A program made the translations under genes and the position numbers. Shown here piece by piece: positions 51,901 to 64,000 of a DNA stretch of 64,000 nucleotides. Source of the DNA: Octopus sinensis (taxonomy: Eukaryota); assembly GCF_006345805.1 (NCBI RefSeq), contig NC_042999.1, positions 154,566,001-154,630,000 of the forward strand, read 5' to 3'. Position 1 is the stretch's first letter. The number at the start of each line of letters is the position of its first letter. The notes below the pieces were generated by a model. That model searched no databases, was not told where the DNA came from, and was given only the letters and a program-made list of their open reading frames with translations.

Positions 51901-54599
51901 ACGTATTGGTTGCCATTGGTTTTGTTTTTGATTTGTCATATACTACCATCAGTGGATTGCGTGACAACAGGCTTTCCTGGAATATTAACGTTTTCTGTAA
52001 CACACAGTGAGCAATTAACTCTACCACGCCACAAGATCCAGTCCTTCTTGTATTGTGGGAACTTGTGTGCTTCAGTAATGCTGAGAATTGTGTCAGCGAA
52101 GCGCAAGCCGCAGTAGGGTCTCCCGTGCAAGACAAGTCAAAGGATAAAAGATAGACTAATATGGACCACTTCTTACTAGGGGTTAAAATAGAGTTGCATA
52201 GAATCAACACCCCTACATAGAAAAAATATCAAAGTTGCAGAAATAATCGAAGACAAATTAAAACCAGCCTAGGAGAAGGAGGCCTTTCCCCAGGAAAACA
52301 TATATGCCAAAAAAAGAGAGACGTTGTCTTTGTCTTAACGTATAGGCATCCTCTCATATATTTTGGATAATTTCTCACTTGCATATATTAAAGGTCACCA
52401 TCTAAATATTTATATCATTTACACATTGCAATACTTCAATCACATTGTAATGCTTTTAATGTATATAGATATTTTCATGTTTTCGTGTCAACAGGATACG
52501 AGTTATAAAGTTCAGTGTGTTAAACAAATAAATAGTCAAAGAAAGGGAAAATAGTTTTTAAAAAGAACGATTTATTAGCGGAAGTGCTGTGGAGGCTATG
52601 CCGAGGTTCAAGTAATTTCTATCAAGCAAAAATGAAATACGAGAATAATAAGACCCGATACACAATTGCTTCCAGAGTAAATGTTTCAGAGAGAGTGAGG
52701 GAAAAAGAGAGAGAGACTAGCATGTATCGAGAATAGGGCCAAGTGAGAATGAGAGAGTCACTATTAGGACAATGAAGTGAGGGGGTACAATGCATAAATC
52801 GGAAATAATGGGTTATTTGCCAGATTTTCATCATTTTCTCTCGATTCCAAATCAGGAAGTATGATGTAGCATCCGTTAAGAATTACATCATCCCTCCGGT
52901 TAATATAAATGTTGTATTCTTCCTAGTAAACTCCTTTTTACGTTCCGCATTCTGGATCACAAACTTCGGGAAAACTGGCCCATTATGTCCAACCCCGCTC
53001 TACCCTATAGTTTTTTACAGAACATATCTACGAAGAGATTTTCTTTCAGGAAAAAACCCACAGCATCATGCCTTTCTTTGTTGTATATACGATAGGCATG
53101 ATACACAGATGGCTACTGAACAATGACAACGACTGAAGATTTGGCAACCATACTTTTATTCATCCAGTTAACTGTTCGTTATAGACACATAAAAGAGTTA
53201 TTCAAAACTAAAGTTATAGTCACTGGGTGTTTTAGTTAAGAGAAAAAACTTTATAGCATCTCCCAATTAGTCGATGTCGTGTTTTAGTCTCACTGAGCAC
53301 TAGTTTTCCTCCGTAGACAATATACAACAACGAGGAGTGTGCTTGCGTTCAAATCAGTCAGAACTTATTAAGAACGAATGTGTATGTTTCCGTCTAACAA
53401 ATCCACTCACAAGGTGTTGCCCAGCCTGCGGCTATAGTAGAAGACACTTACTCAGGGTTCCAAGCGGTGAGACTGAACCCGAAACCATGTGGTTGGGAAG
53501 CAAACTTCTCACCACATAGCCACGCCTGTTGGTTTTTATTCGACACTGTTTCCAAAACCTCGGAAAAACTGGCCCATTATGTCCAACCCCGCTCTACTCT
53601 ATAGTTTTTTACAGAACATATCTACGAAGAGATTTTCTTTCAGAAAAAAACCCACAGCATCATGCCTTTCTTTGTTGTATATACGATAGGTATGATACAC
53701 AGATGGCTACAGAACAATGACAACGGCTGAAGATTTGGCAACCATACTTTTATTCATTCAGTTAATCGGTAAATTAGCAGAAAACTCAGGTCCAATAGAG
53801 GAATTAGGAAAATTAACCTTCTTTTATCTTCTGTAGTTAGTGTAATCGAGCGTTTAGACTATTAAATTCACAGTCAATCATTTCCTGGATTTCATCTACG
53901 TTTCATTGTAAATATATGACGTGTATTTGGATGTGTGTGTGTGTATTTGTCAGTGTTTGTGTGTTTGTGTAAGTGTGTGTATTCGTGTATTCGTGTGTGT
54001 GTGAGCGGGTTTATGTGTATGTTTGTGCATGTGTGTGTATGTGTATGATTGTGTGTTTGTGCATCTATGTGTGTATCTGAGTGTGCGTGCTTTTGCGATT
54101 GTTATGTGTTCGTGCATTTGTGTGTGTGTGTGTGCGCGCGCGCGCGCATGTTTACGTATTTACATGTGTCCGGCTATGTTGTTGTGTGTGTGAGTATGTG
54201 TGTGTATAACTGTGTGTGTATGTGTGTCCGCGCGCTCATGTATTTCTACACAATTACATTCAACGCTTAATTGAACCAATTTAAAAGATCTGAGATATAA
54301 TTGGGAAATATTGATTAAACTTAACAGCCACAATTTAGAATTTAAAAATATCAAATTAATTTTAAAACATGCAATAAAACAACACCAAAAGCAGCGTTCT
54401 TTAACTGATTGAATGTTTCCTCTCTTTCTAGAGGTCAGTCCGCCATGCAACCACAGCGCCACCTATGTCAGCCAATTTGATCACAATATCGTTTCATTGT
54501 TGGAGTTGGTAAAATACCGAATGTTCAACTTGAGAGATGCTGAAACGACGAAATGGCTTTCTTATCAAGGTTCCATCACTCGTAAAGGAGGAACCGCTG

Positions 54600-54860
54600 T
54601 GTTTCTCACTAGTCGAGTCTACGTAGGCCCCAGGTAGCAGGTGAGATCATCTCACCATCTTGTCTTTAGTCGGCTTCTTGATCTTTCCATTGTCTTCCTG
54701 TCCATTTCATCAGCCTGGTTGTCCATCTGTTGTCCTTCAGTTGCGCGATGTAGCCAACCCATCTATATTTGTTCTCCTTGAGGGTTCTTATGTCTCTCGT
54801 GTGCTGTCGAATCCAGGCGTTGGTTTTCTTGTTCCGTAATGTCATACCGAGATCGCTTAC
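54600..54860 (-). mobile_element. RTE-clade LINE 3' fragment
   Basis: LGMTLRNKKTNAWIRQHT...YRWVGYIAQLKDNRWTTRLMKW...RW*DDL. Confidence 0.75.
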
Positions 54861-55479
54861 AGAAGTGAAAATGATTCACCAAGGAACGGAATTGATTGCT
54901 AACAGCGTCCAGGGATGTTAATTGAACTGGGGCTGACGTCCATTTGATTGGTTGACTATCAAAAGTCAATAAAACTATCAGAGCTGTAGGTTTCAGGCCA
55001 ACAATCTTGGCGCACAGTTTGACTAGTCGAAGGAATGGTTTCACTTCAGCACGAGTTTGAAACTCGTCAACAAAGGTTATGAAAAGAGGTCTGCAAGAGG
55101 GAGAAGTGGGTGTTCAACTTTAGAAACAGGTATGACAGGCGGTATGAGGATTACAGTTCTTAGGAAGATGAATTGGGTTGGTGTGGAGATGTTACAAGAA
55201 GCAAGGTGCGTGGGTGCAGCGGTATTATCAGGGGTGGGGATAGAATAGTAAGCAACGTTCGAGGAAGGGTTAAAGGGTAGGAATTTGAGTGCCTTGGTAA
55301 AGGAGAGTAAGTGAAATAGTATAGAATGGATTATGACTTGGGTGAGCGGAGGAGAGATAAGAAAAAACAAAATACCAATAAAATATTGAGGTCGATGATA
55401 GTGTCTCACCTATTCCCTTTAAACCTGCTGGCCTTGTACCAAATTTAGAAACTATTGTCGTGGTATGCACGAATATGCA

Positions 55480-56035
55480 AGGCGACGAGCTGTCAGAAAC
55501 GTTAGCACGGCGGGCGAAATGCTAAGCGGTATTTCGCCAGTCGTTCTGAGTTCAAATTCTGCCGAGGTCGACTTTGCTTTCATCCTTTCGGGGTCGATTA
55601 AATAAGTACCAGCTACGCATTGGGGACGACATGATGGACTTAATCCGTTTGTCTTTCCTTGTTTGTCCTCTCTGTGTTTAGCCCCTTGTGGGTAGTAAAG
55701 AAATAGGTATTTCGTCTGCCGTTACGTTCTGAGTTCAAATTCCGCCGAGGTCGACTTTGCTTTCATCCTTTCGGGGTCGATAAATTAAGTACCAGTTACG
55801 CACTGGGGTCGATATAATCGACTTAATCCGTTTGTCTGTCCTTGTTTGTCCCCTCTGTGTTTAGCCCCTTGTGAGTAGTAAAGAAATAGGTATTTCGTCT
55901 GTCTTTACGCCGTGGTTGACTTTGCCTTTCATCCTTTCGGGGTCGATAAATTAAGTATCAGTTGTGTGCTGGAGTCGATCTAATCAACTGGCCCCCTTCC
56001 CAAAAATTTCAGGCCTTGTGCCTAGAGTAGAAACG
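55480..56035 (+). mobile_element. SINE B trimer
   Basis: Junctions at 55705/55706 and 55888/55889. Confidence 0.9.
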
Positions 56036-56104
56036 GGTATGCGCGAATATGTTATATATCGGAAATCAATGACCGTGATCCCGGATTACAACTAGATTCC
56101 TTAG

Positions 56105-56444
56105 ATATCGAAAACCATTTTTTATAATCCCTGCTGTTTCCAACAGAGCAAATTTCTGAATCAATGCAACTCTCATAGTTACACCAATCTCAATAAAAAA
56201 AAAACTTCTTTGCTTGTTGGTGACAGTACCTGGGGGACGTATAATAACTTGGGTTACTTTTGTAGAAACCTTCCATAGTCTTCATAATTCCCTGGCCAAA
56301 TCCTGGTATTTTCCTATTTTCTCTTCTTCTTTGTCCGCTACATTCATCGTGTCCGTGGATATGGCCACATCTCTGATGATACGCTCTGTTTTTCTCCCTT
56401 GTCTACGCTTAGTCGCCTGGCTTGTCGATTTTTTCGCCTTCTTA

Positions 56445-56445
<1 letters not shown>
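56105..56445 (-). mobile_element. RLE LINE 3' fragment beside (TAG)n
   Basis: DVAISTDTMNVADKEEEKIGKYQDLAREL*RLWKV...IQKFALLETAGII. Confidence 0.75.
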
Positions 56446-56500
<55 letters not shown>

Positions 56501-56719
56501 TTCCCCTTTCTTCTTCTTCTTCTTCTTCTTCGTCCTCTTTTTCTTCTTCCTCCTCTTCTACTAGTGCTTCTTCCTTTACTTCTACTGATTTTTCTTCTTT
56601 TCTTCTTACTACTACTTCTTCTACTTTCCCTTCTTCTTCTTCTTCTTCTTCTTCATGTCCTCCTTCATCTTCATGTTCTTCTTCATCTTCTTCTTCTCAT
56701 TATTATCATTATCATCATT

Positions 56720-57090
56720 TTATCATGGAAACGCTCAGCTTTACTCTGCTTCGCATGATGGAAAGAGTCAACTGTCCACAGCCAGCAGACTAAGTTGATA
56801 TTTGTTTACTGATCGCGATTCAAGAACCCTACGGAGAACTCTTGTAGTTCCAAGCAAAGACGATTTTTGTCAGTGTTCTGTCTCAACATTCATTTCAGTC
56901 TTTTTGAGCCACGTCGGTAGTTGGGCACAGAAGCTTTCAAGTGCACCGATCACTATTGATATCACGTTCAGTTTCTTCTTTACCCACAACCTGTGTATTT
57001 CCCCACCTCAGTTCATCATAGTTTTTTTTTTTTTGCTTTTTCACTTCCATCCTGTTGTCACCAGGACATGCTATATCAATTACCAGCCTT
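56720..57090 (-). mobile_element. RLE LINE 3' fragment between trinucleotide arrays
   Basis: LVIDIACPGDNR...IVIGALE...QKSSLLGTTRVLRRVLE. Confidence 0.75.
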
Positions 57091-57109
57091 GTTAATCATC
57101 ATCATCATC

Positions 57110-57165
<56 letters not shown>

Positions 57166-57252
57166 CATTATTACGCTATTGCATGCTAATTTTCCAATTT
57201 TTTTTCTTTGCCATCGACTCTGCTATCATAAGGAATTGCAAAATCTATGATG

Positions 57253-57620
57253 TTACGCTTCTTCTTCTTCTTCTTCTTCTTCTTCTTCTTCTCCTCCTCA
57301 TCCTTCTCTTCCTCCTCCTTTTCCTCTATTTTCATCTACTTCTCCTCCTCCTCCTTCTTTTCCTCCTGTTCTTCCTCCTTTTACATCTGCTTCTTCTTCT
57401 CCTCCTCCTCCTCTTTCTTTTCCCCCTGTTCTTCCTCCTTTTACATCTGCTTCTTCTTCTCCTCCTCCTTTTCCTCCTTTTTTATCTGCTTCTTCTCCTC
57501 ATCCTCCTCTTTCTCTTCCTCCTCTTCTTCCTCCTTTTTCATCTGCTTCTTCTCCTCCTCTTCCTCCTTCTTTTTCATCTGCTTCTCCCCATCATCATCC
57601 TCCTCCCCTTCTCCTCCATC
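57253..57620. repeat. (CTT/CCT)n degenerate tract with a ~60-bp higher-order unit
   Basis: CATCTGCTTCTTC anchor recurs about five times. Confidence 0.85.
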
Positions 57621-58177
57621 TTCTTTAACTTACTGCTGCTGTTGTTGTTGTTGTTGTTGTTATTGTTGCTGTTGTTAAGGCGACAAGTTGGCAGAATCGT
57701 TAGCATGCCAGGCAAAATACTTATAAAGTCCGTCTTTATGTTCTGAGTTCAAATTCCGACTTTTCGGGGTCGATAAAAATAAATACCAGTTGAGGACTCG
57801 GGCCAATTTAATTGACATATTCCCTCTCCAGAAATTGCTGGCCCTGCGCCAAAACTTGAAACCAAAGGCAATGAGCACTCCGGCTAAAATGCTTAGTGGC
57901 ATTTCGTCCGTCTTTGAAATTTTGCCGACATCGATTTTTACCTGTCATCCTTTCTGGCTTAATGAAATAAATACCAGTTGAACAGTGACGTTAATTATGT
58001 CGACTAGCCCTTCCCACCAAAATTTCAGGCCTTGTGCCTATATCAAAAAGGATTATTACAATTATTTGATGAAAACTCTCAGCTTGTTTTGCCGGACATG
58101 GTGGAAAGTGCCAGATGTCCACAACCAGCAGACTAAGGTCACATTATAATTATTAATATTATTATTATTATTATTAT

Positions 58178-58249
<72 letters not shown>

Positions 58250-58251
<2 letters not shown>

Positions 58252-58850
58252 TTTTGGTTTGGCTCAGGTTCGGTCTTATTCCTGGTAGGATTTATGTAGA
58301 TAGCGTGTCACTACTTGTAGCCTTAGATATCCACAAGTTTTCAGCAGTCTTTCAAGTGCTTAGAACACTCCTGATAATCCTTCCTGTCCCTAAGACACAA
58401 ACTTTCTGTAGGAACTCTACCGAGCAGTCTATTTCAATCTCCTTCATCCATTTGTCTCTATCTTGGCTTACTGTTCCCAACGCACCAGTTATTATAGACA
58501 CGACCTTTTCATGCTCCAAATTCCTCCTAATTCAAATATTAAGGGATTGTGTTTTTTCTTCTTTCTTTACGATCCTGGAATCAAACGGGTATGATGGGTC
58601 GAGAAGTAAGCAACTTTACTTTTCCATATCTATAATCGTTATGTCCGGTTTATTATTTTTTAACTTCTTGTCCGTTTGAATAGGTAAGTCCCACAAAATC
58701 TTGCATTTCTCCGGCTCCAGTACTCATTGGGCTCGATGACTTTTGCAACCTGGTCGTAGCTCCATTTCTTATATTCATCCTATGCCAACTTGGGGCATTC
58801 TGCCACAATGTGTACCACTGTCTCATTCCAAGTTCCACGGACTCTATTAT
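58250..58850 (-). mobile_element. RLE LINE family 1 3' fragment
   Basis: TWNETVVHIVAECPKLA...KCKILWDLPIQTDKKLKNNKPDI; homologous to 5130-5715; (TAA)/(TAG) arrays on both sides. Confidence 0.85.
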
Positions 58851-59811
58851 TATTACTATTATTGAGTGAGAGAGCAGTGCATGCCATCAAAGTGACAGTG
58901 GGGTAAAATATGTGAAGCCCAGTATACCCATCTGATAAGGGTAAACCAGGCACATGCATTACATGCATATGTGTGCGACATGGTGATTTCATATCAAGAT
59001 CAATAGCGCATGACCGGGAAGGTCATGCGCTATTTATCTTTAGAAATATAGGAAAATTCTGTTAGAGGAATGAAGAATAATTCAATCCTGCAGTTTCAAA
59101 CTTTTCGGATCACTGATTTTGACTTGGGCTTTCAGACCAGTAAACAAGCAGAGGTGTAGTGGATATTTTAAAATTTCATCGTAAATGGTTGAATGAACTA
59201 AATATAACCAATCGGATGCGAAAACTTTGAAACTGCAGTAGTGAATTATCCTTCATTCCTCTAACGGTCTCCTTAGAGGTGAGAGAGAATTTTCCTGTAT
59301 TCACAGCCCGCAAACATGTCTGCCTGTAAACATTCAGTGAAGCTCTACATAGCGCCGGTAGCTTACCGGCTGCTATTTCTAGCAATGATCGTGCTTCGTG
59401 TACATCTGCTTTGTATATTTTTAATTCTAACTGTTATGGTGCTTTATTCTTGCTGGATAGTAATATTATTATTTTTTATAATATTTAAGGCGGCTAGCTG
59501 ACAGAAATGTCAGCACGCCGGGCGGAATGCTTAGCGGTATTTCGTCTGTCTTTACGTTCTGAGTTCAAATTCTGCCGAGGTCGACTTTGCCTTTCTTGCG
59601 TACTGGGGTTATCTAATCGACTGCCCCCCTCCCAAAAAATTTCTGGCCTTGTGCCTAGAGTAGAAAAGAATACTTACATTTCTTTTATATATATATATAT
59701 TTATTAAAGTGGCGCTCCAGCATGGCCGCAGTCAAATGACTGAAACAAGTAAAAGAATAGAAGAATAAACGTATATTAATTATATATACGTGTGTGTGTG
59801 TGTGTGTGTAC

Positions 59812-59851
<40 letters not shown>

Positions 59852-60370
59852 GGATAAGGTGTAAGGTTGAAATGACTTAAAACGATTTTGAGTAAAGGTT
59901 GACCTCGAGCAAAATAACAACAAGAACAACTTTGACGAAATTGTCGAAATACAAAGTTCATGCAAAGAAAATGTTGAAGGTCTTGAAATGGATTTGCTAT
60001 CATTAAAGAATCGTGTTTATCATGACATCATTAAATATCAGCCTTTAAGGATGTTATCCGATCGTTCTAAACAGAGAGATTGTTAAAGGTCGCTTTACAG
60101 CAACCCTCGTTAGAATAATAATTGTGTTTAAAAGGAACATCAGCAAAAATAAATCTCAATTATATAACAGAACGGCTGAAAAATGATGATGACGATGGTG
60201 GTGGTGGTGGTGATGATAAGGATAATGATGATGATGATGATGATGACGACGACGACGACGGCGGCGATGATGATGATAATGATGATGATGGTGATGATGA
60301 TGATGATGATGATGATGATTTCCCTTTTTGCCAATAGAGTGACAACAACAGAAACAACAACAACAACAGC

Positions 60371-60403
<33 letters not shown>

Positions 60404-60429
60404 AATAATAAGAATAAGAATAAGAATAA

Positions 60430-60478
<49 letters not shown>

Positions 60479-60479
60479 C

Positions 60480-61050
60480 CTTTCTACTATAGGTATAAGG
60501 CCTGAAATTTTAGAGGAGGGGTTATGTCGGTTAGATCGACCCCAGTACTCAACTGGTACTTAATTTATCGAACCCGAAAGGATGAAATACAAAGTCGACC
60601 TCAGCGGAATGTGAACTCAGAACGTAGCGGCAGACGAAATACCGATTTTCACAAGGGGCTAAACACAGAGGGGACAAACAAGGACAGACAAACGGATTAA
60701 GTCGATTATATCGACCCCAGTGCGCAACTGGTACTTATTTAATCGACCCCGAAAGGATGAAAGGCAAAGTCAACCTCAGCGGAATTTGAACTCAGAACGT
60801 AAAGACAGACGAAATACCTATTTCTTTACTACCCACAAGGGGCTAATCACAGAGAGGACAAACAAGGACAGACAAACGGATTAAGTCGATTATATCGACC
60901 CCAGTGCGCAACTGGTACTTATTTAATCGACCCCGAAAGGATGAAAGGTAAAGTCGACCTCGGCGGAATTTGAACTCAGAACGTAGCGACAGACGAAACA
61001 CCGCTGAGCATTTCATCCGGCGTGCTAACGATTCTGCCAGCTCACTGCCT
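60480..61050 (-). mobile_element. SINE B trimer
   Basis: Junction at 60818/60819; a second, eroded junction near 60645. Confidence 0.85.
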
Positions 61051-62454
61051 TAAACTGTCTTGTGTAAGAGAACTTTGGACGAGTGTCATTGCGGTCATCA
61101 TTTTCAAAATGTAAAGATCAGAAACAAATACTTGAAGGCATTTTGTTCAACGCTCTAACATATGGATTGTTACTTTTTTATCGACCCCCCAAAAAATGAA
61201 AGGCAAGCTGATCTCAGCGGGTTTTGAACTCACTACTAAAGGGGGTGAGACCCATACAGTTCTAATGACTGCCAATGTCGCCTTTGTAATATTTCACAAT
61301 AATATTTGATAATTAGATAGGAATGTTCTTCGCAAAGAATCATCTTTGCTGAAAACAACAAAAATCTAATTATTCTTATATCCTTCTGTTCTATTGTTAG
61401 TCATAGGAAGAAAAAAAAGTATCAGCTCGTCAATCTTAAAATATTTACAAGTGCAAGATTTATTTGCTTAGATATATATATATAAAAAAAGGATGGAGCG
61501 TTTAACAAGAAAAGCTTAAGGATTATTTGATATAATGAATAAGTTATTTAAAGCTAGGAATAACCTACAGCCATATCAGTATGCTGAGTGTACGTCATGA
61601 CTGACTTCAATAAAAATAACTATTTTAATAGAAGTGTATTATAGTTCGCTAGAAGCATTATGGAATGTGAAAAAGTGCAACAGCAATAATAATGAGATCA
61701 TATCGATATTGCCTCAAAATTATTTATCTGTTTCTTATATTTCGAATAAACCACTCCTAATCTGATGTTGATTGTTAGGATATGATTACATTTTTTCATC
61801 CGTACGAAAATCCTTTCGATGATCATTCATTAACGGCTATTCGCCGATGACACGACTTTCACTCGAAATATAAGGAACTTATAAATATCTCTGCGATAAC
61901 ACTGCGATCATGTGCTTGTCGTTGTTACGGTGAGTGCGGCTTAGTACGTGCGTTTTCGTTTCGCTATACACCTGGGAGACGTAAAAGTGGAGAGCCATAT
62001 GGTCTGAGGTTTATAGTTGAAAATGATATTCTTCTGTCAATTAGCAAGTTCTATACACAAAGCCATGTAGTCGTCCGCTTTTACGTCTTCACGGGAAGAG
62101 TCAAACAAAATCGATCGGAGATGAAAAGGTCAATACTTATTGATATATTTGTATTGTAACAGCTTTCTAACAGAAACTTATTTCACTATTTTAATACTGG
62201 TCAGTGAAACAGCCATTCCATAATGACGACTTTTAAATAAATGAGAAATAGGGACATCATAAACTCATAAAACAACGTATACAAGGATTCAATACCCATG
62301 TAAAATGGCTTTGTAACTTATTTTACCTCTTTTTGTGGGGTGTTCGCTACTTGCAAGAGGAAATGCATAATAACACTTTTCAGGTGAGAAAAAGGGACCT
62401 ATTCTCAAACCACCTGGTATTTCATCAGAGCATTTAATGTTGTTGTTGTTGTTG

Positions 62455-62485
<31 letters not shown>

Positions 62486-62519
62486 TGTTGTTTTTGTTGT
62501 TGTTGTTGTTGTTATCATT

Positions 62520-62965
62520 GTTATTATTATTATTATTGAGAGAGAGAGAGCAGTGCATGCCATCAAAGTGATACTGGAGTAAAATATACGAAGCCCAGTG
62601 TAACCATCATGACTACCGGTCTAATAAGGGTACACCAGGCACATGCATCACAATCATATGTACGCGACATGGTGATCTCATATCAAGATAAACAGCGCAT
62701 GACCAGTTAGATTTTCTTCGGGTCGAGTAGCCCATCAAGCTCAAATGGTCCCTGAATAAGGTTGTTTAAGAGTGTTGAATAAAGCACCCATGTTTCCAAG
62801 GGTGAATTATCCAAACCCCAAAGAATTCCACTCAACACATGGCTACGATGCTCTCCCACTACTTCTGCTCGTGATCAGAGATGCACATATCGTCAGCCAC
62901 TAAAGGACATGCTCCACTGACAAGTAAATCTGTGGTATTGAGCAGAATATTTGCTGTACTCCATC

Positions 62966-62968
<3 letters not shown>
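62520..62968 (-). mobile_element. Non-coding repeat (probable LINE 3' UTR) between (TAA)n arrays; shorter copy at 58863-59015
   Basis: Shared GAGAGCAGTGCATGCCATCAAAGTG...GCGCATGACC block. Confidence 0.6.
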
Positions 62969-63037
<69 letters not shown>

Positions 63038-63269
63038 CCATTACTATAGAGGCGGTGAGCTGGCAGAAACGTTTGCACGCTGGACGAAATGCTTAGCAGT
63101 ATTTCGCCCGTCTCTACGTTCTGAGTTCAAATTCCGCCGAAGTCGACTTTACCCCTCGTCTTTTCGAGGTCTATAAAATAAGTACCAGATGCGTACGGGG
63201 GTCGATGTAACCGACCATCCCGCTCCCTCAAATTACATGCCTATATTAGAAAGAATTATTATTAAGTGA

Positions 63270-63445
63270 TGCAGCCAGTCGCTGGAGTGCCACTCAGGAC
63301 GTTTTCATAATCAGCCGCCACCACTAGTCTCTGTCATGCGTAGCAGGTTCGCTGTGATATGACCTGTCCAGTCCTTGATGTTGTCAAACCTGGCTTTTCT
63401 TTATCTACTTCTCTTTCGCCCTGCCTCAACTGTACCCTGAAGAAC
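63270..63445 (-). mobile_element. RTE-clade LINE 3' fragment
   Basis: VLQGTVEAGRKRSR*RKARFDNIKDWTG. Confidence 0.7.
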
Positions 63446-64000
63446 TATTAGGTCGTCTGGAAACTTCGTGTCGATTTTTAAAGGAAAGAAAAAGGTCAAT
63501 AAATACTTGCCATTACATTTTCAATCAACCAAATATGAAACATTTTGTTGCACAATGCGTCTCCATCTTTCCTTTAACTTGAAAATACCCTTTTCCCAGA
63601 ATTGAGGTGGTTTCATGGCAAAGAATTCATCAAGGTATCTTTTTACGTCATCCAAGGAATTGAAATTTTTACCATTAAGACTATTCTGCACAGACCTGAA
63701 TAAGTGGAAATCCTAAGGAGCAATATCTGGTGAATATGGAGGGTGGGGTAACACATCCCAGCCGAGCTGCAGCTATGTTTGTCTGGTTTCCAAAACATCA
63801 AGTGCTGAAAATGAACTTTCTTATCTTCCATTTTAAAGGGTTACAGAATTAACACAGTATATAGGAACATAAACCTTCTTCTACAAAAAGATAGCTTAAA
63901 CTGTGCTCTAAATGGAAGTGCAGTCAAATCCTATTTTATGGACTCAACCATGTTCTAAAATAATTCGAAAGATAAGCTACTATAAATCGGCACGAACTTT
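63446..64000 (-). mobile_element. Internally deleted mariner, same family as 12773; second TIR cut by the window end
   Basis: Near-identical body; window ends in AAATCGGCACGAACTTT, the reverse complement of the TIR. Confidence 0.9.

Noticed and set aside
55060-55400. 110-aa minus-strand ORF as a gene or Penelope RT fragment
   Set aside because: Only faint resemblance to Penelope RT; too degenerate to support a call
55480-56035. Regularly spaced repeats resembling a CRISPR array
   Set aside because: Whole ~182-bp units repeat with no unique spacers, no cas genes, and the context is eukaryotic
57253-57620. Protamine-like (RRRRSRCKRRK) or Glu/Lys-rich minus-strand reading
   Set aside because: Both frames contain repeated in-frame stops; it is a purine-rich minisatellite

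Overview
Eukaryotic, AT-rich, microsatellite-saturated DNA made almost entirely of transposable-element debris. The repeat families resemble those of coleoid cephalopods (Octopus-like); this is inferred from memory, not from a search. No intact host gene, tRNA/rRNA gene or CRISPR array can be supported, and most ORFs in the track are microsatellite artefacts. Recognisable content: dozens of copies of about four tRNA-derived SINE families (called A-D here); 3' fragments of R4/Dong-type (RLE), CR1, RTE and Tx1/L1 LINEs; a Penelope-like element; mariner, pogo/Tigger, piggyBac, hAT and Helitron derivatives. Most interesting signals: (1) several type I hammerhead-ribozyme motifs in Penelope-like terminal repeats, one with a nearly complete fold (1381-1435) and one family with a shared core variant; (2) a SINE forming ~182-bp head-to-tail multimers with an invariant junction seen 8 times; (3) at least 10 RLE-LINE 3' ends chained within trinucleotide, mostly (TAA)n, microsatellites; (4) many perfect or near-perfect palindromes; (5) a perfect RFX X-box plus E-box marking a candidate promoter near 26.9 kb. 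SINE coordinates are approximate (about +/-10-20 bp).
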